Origin: Chiloscyllium plagiosum
Taxonomy: Eukaryota
Reading direction: 5' to 3'
Assembly (NCBI RefSeq): GCF_004010195.1
Contig: NC_057718.1
Location: forward strand, 101,699,463 to 101,726,813
DNA length: 27,351 bases
Shown: piece after piece, positions 12,936-22,617 of the stretch
Position numbering within the stretch: position 1 is the stretch's first letter
Layout of the letters: the number at the start of each line of letters is the position of its first letter
Translations under genes and position numbers: made by a program
Notes under the pieces: generated by a model
What the model was told of the DNA's origin: nothing
Database searches by the model: none
Seen by the model: the letters and a program-made list of their open reading frames with translations, nothing else

Positions 12936-13907
12936 GATGGTAAACACATGAGGGAGAAAGGAATAGATGGATGTGTCAATGGGGTTCAGTTGGGTGGGTG
13001 GGAGGTAGCTCGCCTGGAGAATAAACATTGGCAGAAACCTGGTGAGATGTCTAACCAGTTGCTGTTCTGTAAAAACTTTGCTGTATTGATTCAGGAGTCT
13101 GCAAGAGGTCCCGGAGGTGATATGGCTGCAATTGTGTATTACCATGAATAAGTGAATCTGGGGCTGTGGTGCACAGGGACACGTTGCATGGCTTGAACAT
13201 TCAGTCTGCCCTATGACATACTTCCTTCCAGCCTTGATTCAAATTAAATGCCATTTTTGAAATGTACTGTCCTCCTCCATCTAAGTTTCTTTATTCAAAG
13301 TTCCTTCAATGGTGAGTTTTCCGATAATTACCGAGCATAATAAATGCTGACTCTGTGACATTCCAAATTAATCTCACTCAAATCAAAATCCAGTTTTGAT
13401 TCTTTCAGTAGTTTCCCACTGAGGCTTTAATGTCTGAGTGAACAAAAGTCTCATTTTGTTTTTTCATTCAAATTGTTTCTGAATATCAATTTTGCAGAGC
13501 CTGAGGCAGCCAGCCCAGTAAGGTGGACTGAATCTGAATCAGGTCCAGTCTGAAATATTAGAATATTCTGAAAAATCAGGTCACTTTTGATAAAAGATGC
13601 CACGTAGAGGAATTGATGGAAACTCATTCCCGATCTTTCACAGCTCATCAAAGTTGCATAGTTGATTTCACACAACCTAAAATCTCCACTAAAATGGTTG
13701 ACATCTTGGACACAGCTGTGGTAATAATGACGATGTGTGAAAACCTATTTCACCAATATTACGTTAGATTTAATGTGTGATATAATTTTATAGCTCTTTT
13801 TTTCTGAATAAAACTGAATTAAAGTAAGTAAATCCATCATAATTCACAATTTCAATCTGTTTCCTTGAAATAAATTGATTTGATCTTAATCAAAACCATC
13901 ACTAACA

Positions 13908-14006
13908 CACAAACACCAAGTGCTGGAGAAACTCAGCAGGTCTGGCAGCACCTGTGGAGAGAAATCAGAGTTAATGTTTCAAATCCAGTGACCCTTCTTC
14001 AGAACA
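13908..14006 (-). mobile_element. 99-bp TSD-flanked HHR mini-element (family C)
   Basis: Perfect 11-bp TSD catcactaaca at 13897-13907 and 14007-14017. Contains an HHR plus the conserved tail. Confidence 0.85.
13970..14005 (-). ncRNA. Minimal type I hammerhead ribozyme motif (weakened helix II)
   Basis: GUU-CUGAAGA-A-GGGUC(ACUG)GAUUU-GAAA-CA-UU^-AAC. Confidence 0.65.
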
Positions 14007-14272
14007 CATCACTAACATTTCAAAACTCAATTATTAGTGTATTTCTTCTGCGAATTCTCAAGGTAAATAAATAGTTAATTGCTAAAATATTTTCTTTCAG
14101 TGTTAGATTTTGATTTCCTTCCAGTCATTCCCTCAAAATGGCTCTCAATGCTTTAAAAATTCAGCACCTTAACATTGAAAGGAGGTTGAAAACAGAAGTG
14201 AAGTAAACAGCTTAAAACCAATAGCGAGTGTAACCAGCCTTCCCTTGGGTAAAAAATGTCACTTACCTTTGT

Positions 14273-14492
14273 GGGAGCAAATTACTGCAGACACTGGAAT
14301 CTGTACTGAAAACAATAAATGCTGGAGGTCACAGCGGGTCAGGCAGCATCCATGGAGGCAGTGAGAGCAAGCTAACGTTTCTAGATGATGTCACATCAGC
14401 TCTGATGAAGAGTCATCTAGACTGGAAACATTAGCTTGCTCTCTCTCCATGGATGCTGCCTGACCCGCTGTGATCTCCAGCATTTGCTGTTT
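14273..14492. mobile_element. 220-bp palindromic head-to-head dimer of an HHR mini-element
   Basis: Inverted arms at about 14307-14399 and 14402-14495 around catcag-ct-ctgatg. 14-bp TSD tcacttacct(t/c)tgt at 14259-14272 and 14493-14506. Confidence 0.85.
14398..14436 (+). ncRNA. Minimal type I hammerhead ribozyme motif
   Basis: AGCU-CUGAUGA-AG-AGUC(AUCUA)GACU-G-GAAA-CA-UU^-AGCU. Confidence 0.75.
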
Positions 14493-14938
14493 TCACTTAC
14501 CTCTGTCCTAGGATTGGTACTGGACCCTCAGCCTCTGCTATAGCCATGACCACCACCATGGCATCTGCTGAGTGACCTCTGGGAGCCAGGATAGGTCTAT
14601 CTTGTTCAAAAGGTACACAATCTATAGGCAGTCAGTCCATGTGACATTTTATAAATTCCCACTTTTGAAATAGAACCAGTCTGACTCAAGGTTGAAATAC
14701 AGACAGACTCTAACCTCACAACTTCAATGCATTGTATGGGCACCTTTCCTTTTAATAAAACCTTAAGTTATCTTGGGAATCTGATGTGAAAAAAGTTAAA
14801 CCTGCATCCCCAGTCTAAATGATTAAAGACTTAACAGCAATCTAGGTTTAAACAATGACTGCAGATGCTGGAAACCAGATTCTGGATCAGTGGTGCTGGA
14901 AGAGCACAGCAATTCAGGCAGCATCCGAGGACAGGCAA

Positions 14939-14974
14939 AATCGACGTTTCGGGCAAAAGCCCTTCATCAGGAAT
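14939..14974 (-). ncRNA. Minimal type I hammerhead ribozyme motif with intact core
   Basis: AUUC-CUGAUGA-A-GGGC(UUUU)GCCC-GAAA-CG-UC^-GAUU. Perfect helix II, palindromic ACGU helix III, weak helix I. Confidence 0.8.
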
Positions 14975-15104
14975 AAAGGCAGAGAGCCTGAAGCGTGGAG
15001 AGATAAGCTAGAGGGGGGTGGGGGTGGGGAGAGAGTGGCATAGAGTACAATAGGTCAGTGGGGAAGGAGATGAACGTGATAGGTCAGGGAGGAGAGGGTG
15101 GAGT

Positions 15105-15369
15105 GTGGGCCACTGGGCGATTTGGTTGATTGGTGCGGGTGTCTCGGAGATGTTCCCTAAAGCGCTCTGCTAGGAGGCGCCCAGTCTCCCCAATGTAGAG
15201 GAGACCGCATTGGGAGCAACGGATACAATAGATGATATTAGTGGATGTGCAGGTAAAACTTTGATGGATGTGGAAAGCTCCTTTGGGGCCTTGGATAGAG
15301 GTGAGGGAGGAGGTGTGGGCGCAGGTTTTACAGTTCCTGCGGTGGCAGGGGAAAGTGCCAGGATGGGAG
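15105..15369 (-). pseudogene. Penelope GIY-YIG endonuclease fragment
   Basis: PGTFPCHRRNCKTC...FTCTSTNIIYCIRCSQCGLLYIGETGRLLAERFREH shows the IIY...YIGET motif, the catalytic R and the Cys motifs of PLE endonucleases. Confidence 0.9.
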
Positions 15370-16049
15370 GGTTTGTTCAATACATCGCATCAATTGGATG
15401 ACATTTTGATCTTTTGCTATAAATTCTGTATCCTATGATTCTGCTCCACAACCACCTGATGAAGGAGCAGTGCTCTGAAAGCTGATGCTTCCAAATCAAC
15501 CTGTTGGACTATAACCTGGCATTGTGTGATTTTTAACTTTGTCCACCTCAGTCCAACACCGGCTCCTCCACATCACAGCTCTAGCTGGGTGAGATCTCTA
15601 TACCTGGCTCCTCAGTTGGCAGCAAAATCTTCACTATAAGAAGCAGCACTGATATCCTGGTGTTTTTGTAGGTAGCACACAAGTGACCAACCTATCGAGG
15701 AACAGGCTGTGGAAGGAGGGGCTGAGTGCTCTCCTTCTTTGTCTTTATGGTCCAGTTAGGAACTTGCAATGAATCCTGGCAAACCTTTGGCTAACTGAAA
15801 AGGAACAATTGCCAGAGAATAAGTGTCTCAGTAAAGAAATTGCGGATATAGCCTCTTCAGTACTAATGAACAAAACATGAAGCTAAGCCTCCTGATAAAC
15901 TGGAAGATGTGATTTGAACAACAGAAAATAAGGAAATAGGTTGTGAGTGTGTAAATGGAGACTTGCTGACACCAAGTACACAGAGGAAAGCTCTCCCAGT
16001 GAAAGATCACACCCAACGCTGTTAGTTACATGGCAAGGGGTACAGTTCA

Positions 16050-16525
16050 CATCGAAGATGATTATTATTAAACCAGAGAGGGTTCAGAAAAGATTTTGCA
16101 GGGTGTTGCTGGGACTGGACGGCGTATGATATAAAAAGTAGTCTGGAAGCGTTGTGACTTTTTCACTGGAGTGTAGGAGGTTGAGGGGTAACCTTATAGA
16201 GGTTTATAAAATCAGGGATATAAGTAAGGTGGTTGACAAGAGTCCTTTTCCTAGGGTGGGGGAGTTCAAAACCAGGGGGCATAGTTTTTAGAATGAGAGG
16301 AAAAAGATTTAAAAAGGGTATGAGGGGCAACATTTTTACACAGACAGTGGTTCATGTGTGGAATGAACTTCCAGAGAACATAGCGGACATTACAACACTT
16401 AAAAGGGATTTGGATAAGTACACAAGAAGGAATGGTCTGGAGGGTATGGAACTAGTTTGAACACATGATCAGCATGGACCAGTTGGACTGCAGGGTCTGT
16501 TTCCATGCTGTATGACTCTGTGACT
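16050..16525 (+). mobile_element. CR1 LINE 3' fragment
   Basis: ERVQKRFCRVLLGL and MRGNIFTQTVVHVWNELPE...LKRDLDKY, with tail ccatgctgtatgactctgtgact. Confidence 0.9.
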
Positions 16526-16934
16526 GTATAATGTTCAGAAACGCAGCTCTGCAGTTACTGGTCTTGAAATATTCTGCCTTTCATCTTCCTGTCACGCTGA
16601 AGTAACCTGCCAAATAAATTCATAGCAAAGAAACAGGTCGTTTAGCCTGACTGATCCATGCTGGTTATTAAGCTGCACACAATCGCCCTGCCATCGGCCT
16701 CCCCACTATCTCGATCTGTTCCTTGTGTCTTGATGTAGCTTCCACAGAAACAGCCCTCTCGTTTTTTCCAATATATTTAACAATGAACTGCAACTCTTTG
16801 AAGAAATGGAAGAGTAAGCATATTGCAAAATGTTACCATTGTATCCCATCACTTTGAAATCACAACACAAAAACAGGCCATTCAGCCCCTTTGAAAACAA
16901 CAGCTGGTTATTCTCATGGATCCCTGTGTTTCTT

Positions 16935-17172
16935 CAGCAGAGTGGACATGTTACTGGACTCAGACTTCAAGGGGACAGAGTAATGCTCCAGTACCATCTG
17001 CTGCTCCATCCTCATCTGAACTACCTGTGACTCCAGACCCACAGCAATGTAGATGGATGGAGGACTACACTCTCTGAAAAGTTTGAGCAAGTCACTTCGT
17101 TTGAGGGCAATTAAGGATGGGTCACAATTGCTGGTCTTGGCAGCCACACCACAGCTCACAAAAGAGTAAAGA
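16935..17172 (+). mobile_element. Degenerate SacSINE1-like DeuSINE
   Basis: ctacctgtgactccagacccacagcaatgt...gggcaattaaggatgggtcacaattgctggtcttggcag, related to 6703-6996. Confidence 0.6.
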
Positions 17173-18665
17173 AATACTGTCCTGTGGAGTGCCTTGGTAC
17201 AATGATGCAAGTTTATCAATGTTAACAAATATTAACATGGCAGTAATCTATTATTAACCTCATGCAAACTGCTAATGAACTACATTTCTATAGCTGCATT
17301 CTCAGACTTGCATTCTGGTGTCACTACATGAAGGCTGCCCTTCTTTGCTGAGCTTGCCTGAGGAAAATACAGTTACATCGCTACTTTGCGGTTGTCATGT
17401 AGTTAATCTAAAGACTTAAGTCTTTACTCACACCTCGCTGTTAAATTACTCCATCCTCACACTGCACTTGACTGAGAATTTGTCTTCCAGCCTCTGTGAA
17501 ATTTTTTGAAAAGATCAATCAGCCAGCAAAGACAGCCATGAACAACTCATATTAAAAGTGTTCAGGTAAAGTGATGCACCTCCGTGACATTCTGAAGAGC
17601 CCTGGTATTAATAACCAGTCCTCACTGAACTTCACCATCACTCACACCGAAACCCAGTATTGATTGAAAACTGTAACATGGAAAGTGATCAGTTATATCC
17701 CATGATGGTAAATTGACTACCAACCTATAGTTTAATGGTAGCAGTTCCTTTCTTTCACATGAAACTGCGTGCACTGCATCTCGAAATGCACTTTATTGTC
17801 GTTTGGTTATAGCATCCTGATTTTCATTAGTGTTTGCCTGTCAATGGAGTGTAGGGTCTGATGGAAGATTTGTCTTTCATTGGGCTTGGCAAAGAAATTC
17901 CTTCTTTGCAGTGACCTTTCCAGTTGCCCATTTACTCAGCCAAGGTTGTCAGGTTGGTCTTAGCCAATTTGACACAAAAGGAAAGCTTGCATTGTGGTAG
18001 TGCAGCCCCACATCTTAAAGTCCATTGTTGCCAATGATTGAAAGGGTCAACCCAAATCATCTGATCAGGGAGAGCCAGAACAAGGGGCTTCCAGTCTTCA
18101 GCTGTAGGGATTAGGCCATTTACAAGGCAAACCCACAAGAACTTTTTGAAAAAAATAGCTATTGAGAACCTGGACTTCTGCTGTTTGGGATAGGACAGCA
18201 ATATTGTACCAATGGGCAGTATGGTGGCAGAGATAAGCTGCAGAGATCAAAATAAGACTGAAATGGCTTGATTTGGAAAATGTGTGAGTGGATCTTAACA
18301 GTATTTCCAATAGAGATGAATAAGAACAAAAATTTTAGGATTTTTCAAATCACTGTAGTTCAAATCCCAAACCGTAATATTCAAACTAAAGAACAACAGA
18401 ATCCACTAAAATGAAGAAACGAAAAATTCTGGATAATGGCTAAATTTTACTACAACAAACTATTTAGTTAATACTGTTTTATTTTCGCATTCTAAACTAT
18501 AGAAGGGGTATTTACGCTCACACACTCGACAGAGTTACAATCCATACGACAAATAGAACTGCTGTTAGCTTCCAATGGATTCACATATTTGCCAGTTTCA
18601 CCAAGTGGCTACATCAAGGCACTATCCTTAGATTTCAGAGAATTTCCCAAACACACAACCAGTAA

Positions 18666-18953
18666 CTCAGTGGTTAGCACTGCTGCCTCACAGCGCCAAC
18701 TGACCCAGGTTCGATTCCCACCTCGGGTGACTGTCTGTGTGGAGTTTGCACATTCTCCCCGTGTCTGTGTGGGTTTCCTCCGGGTGCTCCAGTTTCCCCC
18801 ACAAGCCAAAGATGTGCAGGCCAGATGAATTGGCCATGCTAAATTGCCCATAATGTTAGGTGCATTAGTCAGGGTAAATATAGGTTTGGGAATGGGTCTA
18901 GGTGGGTTACTCTTAGAGGGTCGGTGTGGACTTGTCGGGTCGAAGGGCCTGTG
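18666..18953 (+). mobile_element. HE1-like V-SINE
   Basis: A-box remnant CTCAGTGGTTAGCAC, B box GGTTCGATTCC, V-domain TGTGTGGAGTTTGCACATTCTCCCCGTGTCTGTGTGGGTTTCCTCCGGGTGCTCC, and a CR1-type tail. Confidence 0.9.
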
Positions 18954-19084
18954 TGAGTGGATCTTACTGTAGGGAATTGTGCCATCTTGTCAATGAGGCA
19001 TTGATTGGGTACATCTATTGCGCAGCCAGTTTCAATGAACTCATGGCACCGACTACACTGTCACCTTCAAAAGCAGGGACATGC

Positions 19085-19235
19085 CATCAGAAATGGAAAT
19101 GGGAACACAGCAACCAGCGTAGGCCATTCTGCCCCTCAAGCCTGTTCCACCATTCAATGGCTGATCTGTGTCCCAACATGCTCTACCTGCCTTTGGCCCA
19201 TATCCCTTTGCTTAACAAAATAATTATCTAAGATT
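19085..19235 (-). mobile_element. CR1 3' tail
   Basis: gtaggccattctgcccctcaagcctgttccaccattcaatggctgatctg. Confidence 0.6.
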
Positions 19236-19409
19236 TGAATGGTCTCCTCTCATTACATATGAGAGTGTGTTGAAAAGCTATAAAGTAGCACAGCCAGCAC
19301 AAAGCTGACGCTGTGTGGTTTAAATAACATATAGAAAACCATAAGAAACCCATCAAGTCAAGCCTGCGTTTCTCAATTCTGTCTCATTACACAGCTACTT
19401 TCCACAGGG

Positions 19410-19533
19410 ACAAGAGCAAAACACTGCAGATGCTGAACTACAAACAGAAAACGCTGAACAGTCTCTGGATTTGTCAATAACTTTGGAGAGAGAATCAGAG
19501 TTAATGTTTCGAGTCGATGATTGTATAGCAGAA
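19410..19533 (-). mobile_element. Decayed family C HHR element
   Basis: Minus strand ...gactcGAAACATTaactctgattctctctcc...cagcatctgcagtg. The CUGANGA box has decayed. Confidence 0.6.
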
Positions 19534-20294
19534 GATGAGTATTTCCATCTGATCCTACTTTCATTCTCTAACACATTTGGTAATCCATCTTGTTCTTTGC
19601 TGGATTCTGTCCAATATATATGTAGATAGCTACTGGCATGTTCATCAAAATAAGACACAGTGCTGCAATTGGAACCTGATTGATTATTGCTCAATATTCA
19701 CTGGACATCGCACATCGCTAATATCAGGAGAGACCATGTCCCACAATGGAGAAGTTAACTTTTAACATTTTAACGTTTAATGGCATTAGCATGATGAAAC
19801 TCTCCCAGTATCAAAATCCTGGGGCTTACCATTAAACAGAACTGACCTAATTACTGTTGGGGATGAAGAGCAGGTCATTGGCTGGGAGTCTGGGGGTCTG
19901 CAGCATGTGACTCCCCAAAGCCTGTAATGGATCAGAGCAGACCCCCTCAGAAAATATTTCCAGAAAGTAGCCTAGACCCTAATGCTTTCTTACTTCTAAA
20001 GACAAATGTAAAAAGTCTGTTCCCGACGCAACACGATTGGTCAAACTACTTGATGTGAAGCAAAATACAACCAAACAAAGAGGAATTTAGAATAACTTAA
20101 TAGATTGGAAACTCAAAAGAATAAAAAATACAGTAACTATTACTGATTAACTGTTCCAATATAATAACATTCCCATAAACACACTCCTTAGCAAAAAGGA
20201 AAATTCAGACACAGATTCTCACATGTAGTTCTCCAATCCAGGAGGAAAAAGGCATCAAAAGAAAATTCAGAGAGAGTAGCAGTCTGGAAACATT

Positions 20295-20545
20295 CATAGA
20301 GTCATAGAGATGTACAGCACGGAAACAGACCCTTTGGTCCAACCTGTCCATGTTGACCAGATATCCTAAATTAATCTAGTCCCATTTGCCAGCAGTTAAC
20401 CCATATCCCACTAAACCCTTCCTATTCATATACCCATCCAAATGCGTCTTAAATGTTGTAATTGAACCAGCCTCCACCACTTCCTCTGGCAGCTCATTCC
20501 ATACACACACCACCCTCTGCTTGTAAAACTTGCTGCTTAGGCCCC
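20295..20545 (-). mobile_element. CR1 3' fragment nested in the LTR-like element
   Basis: Tail catagagtcatagag. The minus strand encodes RVVCVWNELPEEVVEAGSITTFKTHLDGY. Confidence 0.9.
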
Positions 20546-20682
20546 ATCATACACTTTTGAGACCCCAATATCTTCTGATGTTACTGAAAAAAAACCAAAA
20601 CCCATACATTTGGACCTGTGAGAGCTGTCCACACCCAGTCAGGCTGCATTAAAAAAAGTCTCCCAAGGTGTCTACAGTCGCC

Positions 20683-20778
20683 ACGATCAACCACCTGATG
20701 AAGGAACAGCGCTCCGATAGCGAGTGCTTCCAAATAAACCTGATGGACTAGAACCTCGTGTTGTGTGATTTTTAACTT
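20683..20778 (+). mobile_element. 96-bp TSD-flanked HHR mini-element (family A, decayed core)
   Basis: 12-bp TSD tctacagt(c/a)gcc at 20671-20682 and 20779-20790. CAC-CUGAUGA-AGGAACAGCGCUCC-GAUA-GCGA-GUG. Matches 15449-15540. Confidence 0.85.
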
Positions 20779-20988
20779 TCTACAGTAGCCTGTTTGGTAC
20801 CTCTGCCTTACAACCTCTCTTCAAAACAAAACAGACAAAATAACCTCTTAAAGTGACAGCATAATCACACACCTACCCTTCCCCACGCCCCACCCCCAAC
20901 AATGCTAAAAAGGCTTAACATCACTTAGAACGAAGGAGCTTATTAGATCAGCAGCCACTAACTCCAGCCTTTGCTCCCTCTAACAGCA

Positions 20989-21011
20989 ACACACACACAC
21001 ACACACACACA
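20989..21011. repeat. (CA)n microsatellite
   Basis: acacacac... run. Confidence 0.95.
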
Positions 21012-21372
21012 ATGGAAGCAGTGTGTACAATCTACAAGATGCACTGCAACAAGGCTCCTTCAACACCTTCCAGACTCACACCCTCCACTTTGAGGGACAA
21101 GGAGTTCAAGATGTCAACACAAAACCAGCTTTTCCTGGCTAAAAACAGAGATATACAAGAAATATTAATCTTGCAAGTGATGCTCCCACCCCATCAATGA
21201 AAGATTTTATCTAAGCTTTTCCATTTCAAGACAATTTCTTGACCAATCAGGGGCAACTAAAAATATTAGCTCCATTTTCTGTCCACAGATGATTCAAGAC
21301 TTGCTGAGTTTCTTCAGCAATTTCTGTTTTTGTTTTGTTTCAGCGTTAACTTACCTGGTTTAAAATTTAAAC

Positions 21373-21472
21373 TTTCCTGATGAAGGCCTTATGCCCGAAA
21401 CGTCGATTCTCCTGCTCCTCGTATGCTGCCTGACCAGCTGTTCTTTTCCAACACCACACTCTTCGACTCTGA
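21373..21472 (+). mobile_element. 100-bp TSD-flanked HHR mini-element (family B)
   Basis: Perfect 14-bp TSD tttaaaatttaaac at 21359-21372 and 21473-21486. Homologous to the reverse complement of 14880-14972. Confidence 0.9.
21375..21406 (+). ncRNA. Minimal type I hammerhead ribozyme motif
   Basis: UC-CUGAUGA-A-GGCC(UUAU)GCCC-GAAA-CG-UC^-GA. One helix II mismatch and a 2-bp helix I. Confidence 0.7.
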
Positions 21473-21592
21473 TTTAAAATTTAAACGAAGCTTGACAGTT
21501 CCACAAGTCAGAGTTGACTCACTGACCAATCAGACCTTTCTCTTATGTCATACAAACGTTGTTTTAACCCTCGAATTGGTATTCTTGCAAAG

Positions 21593-21626
21593 TGTCCTGA
21601 TGAGTGTAACGTGAAAAGATTGGATA
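21593..21626 (+). ncRNA. Decayed hammerhead motif of a fourth family (D)
   Basis: UGUC-CUGAUGA-GUGUAACGU-GAAA-AGAU-UG-GAUA. Core boxes and helix I are present, but helix II and the cleavage triplet have decayed. Confidence 0.5.
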
Positions 21627-21929
21627 AATTATCTTCTTTATAGCATTACTCAAGATCTGTCCTCCCAAACAACTATGTTTAATATGTATAGAACTGTGCA
21701 TTGTATATATTATATCTATGTGTGTTTATTATTCTATTTCAGATTTCTTAGTTTAGCGTTTTATTCCATTTACTGATTGTTTGTCTGTACTGAACAGGCA
21801 TTGATGAACTTACTTTCCTTCCTGGATCTTTGTTGTCTCCTCCTTAAATTTAGTCAATGTCCTGGAATCCACCACACTCTTGAAGCTCTTCATCTTGAAA
21901 CTATCAGGACAATTCACAAGAATACCTGT

Positions 21930-22617
21930 GTAAAGGGAAACAGTCATAAAGTAGACATAGAGAGGATGTTACTTCATGTGGCACAATCTGGAATGAGAGG
22001 TCATAGTTAGGAAAAGGTGGGTAGCAGATTTAAAACAGAGATGAGGAGAAATTATTTCTCTCTGTAAAGGTTCATGAATCCATGGAACTCATTCCCCCAG
22101 AGTGCGGTGGTTGAATGATTTATGATTTACTGTCACTTGTACTCTACAATGAACAATGCGGTAAAATACAATGAAAAGCTTCAACTGTCGCCACAGCCAG
22201 GTGTCACTGAATTACTTCAAGAATAAAACGTCAAAGCTGAATGAACGTCCATCTTCGCCCAGCCATCTCCACCACGAGCCCTGAGCCCAGAGCTGACCGA
22301 CCAACCACACCAGGGCCAGACCCACCAATGTCGGAGTTACCTCTCCTCAGGCACCATCTCATCGGCGCTGAACCCAGCTCACTGACAGGCCGCTGATTCT
22401 AGCTCCCGTGCTGGACCCACACCCGCCTCACAACCAGGAATCCCTGGCTCCGGGCCTACCACAACCAGAAGACCCCAACTCTGGGCTTAACACAACCAGG
22501 AGACCCCGACTCTGGGCCTAACACAACCAGGAAACCCCAGCTCCAGGCCTACCAGAGCCAGGAGACACCGACTCTGGGCCCATTACTCCTGCTCCTAGCT
22601 CTTATGCTATGTTATGT
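21930..22617 (+). mobile_element. CR1 3' fragment (21930-22112 plus tail 22583-22617), interrupted
   Basis: KVDIERML...GMRGHS...FKTEMRRNYFS...WNSFPQSAV, with tail actcctgctcctagctcttatgctatgttatg. Confidence 0.8.
22429..22581. repeat. 31-bp minisatellite, about 5 units
   Basis: Units start at 22429, 22460, 22491, 22522 and 22553. Consensus is cacaaccaggagaccccgactctgggccta(a/c). Confidence 0.95.

Larger units (their letters stand above)
14850..15369 (-). mobile_element. Penelope-like element family B, 5'-truncated and internally deleted
   Basis: GIY-YIG fragment followed by a pyrimidine-rich 3' UTR, an HHR and the conserved tail. ggttt is duplicated at 14845-14849 and 15370-15374. Confidence 0.9.
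14620..15575 (+). mobile_element. Penelope-like element family A, 3' non-coding end, split by a nested insertion
   Basis: 14620-14849 plus 15370-15575 is colinear with the reverse complement of 25662-26125. Decayed HHR at 15453-15487 (CAC-CUGAUGA-AGGAGCAGUGCUCU-GAAAGCUGAUG). Confidence 0.85.
19923..20869 (-). mobile_element. Solo LTR-like insertion (about 600 bp net of nested inserts)
   Basis: Termini TGTAAT...ATCACA (TG..CA with an imperfect terminal inverted repeat). It interrupts a LINE. No clean TSD found. Confidence 0.5.
19755..21105 (+). mobile_element. LINE (second family) fragment interrupted by the LTR-like insert (pieces at 19755-19922 and about 20890-21105)
   Basis: atcctggggcttaccatt...gactccccaaagcc on the left and EAVCTIYKMHCN on the right. 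Reverse-complement similarity to 8500-8700. Confidence 0.6.

Noticed and set aside
13498..13553. ttttgcag acceptor followed by EPEAASPVRWTESESGPV*
   Set aside because: No recognisable protein or partner exon, so the evidence is insufficient.
14273..14492. Palindromes as MITEs/DNA transposons or miRNA precursors
   Set aside because: Arms are unequal at the termini, TSDs are long and variable (13-14 bp), and the arms are homologous to Penelope 3' ends. No known mature miRNA was recognised.
17491..17565. 75-nt AG..GT-bounded segment as a coding exon
   Set aside because: Splice sites look good but there are stop codons in all three frames. It could be a non-coding exon, which cannot be supported from sequence alone.
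22429..22581. 31-bp repeats as a CRISPR array
   Set aside because: Units are contiguous with no unique spacers, the context is vertebrate and there are no cas genes.
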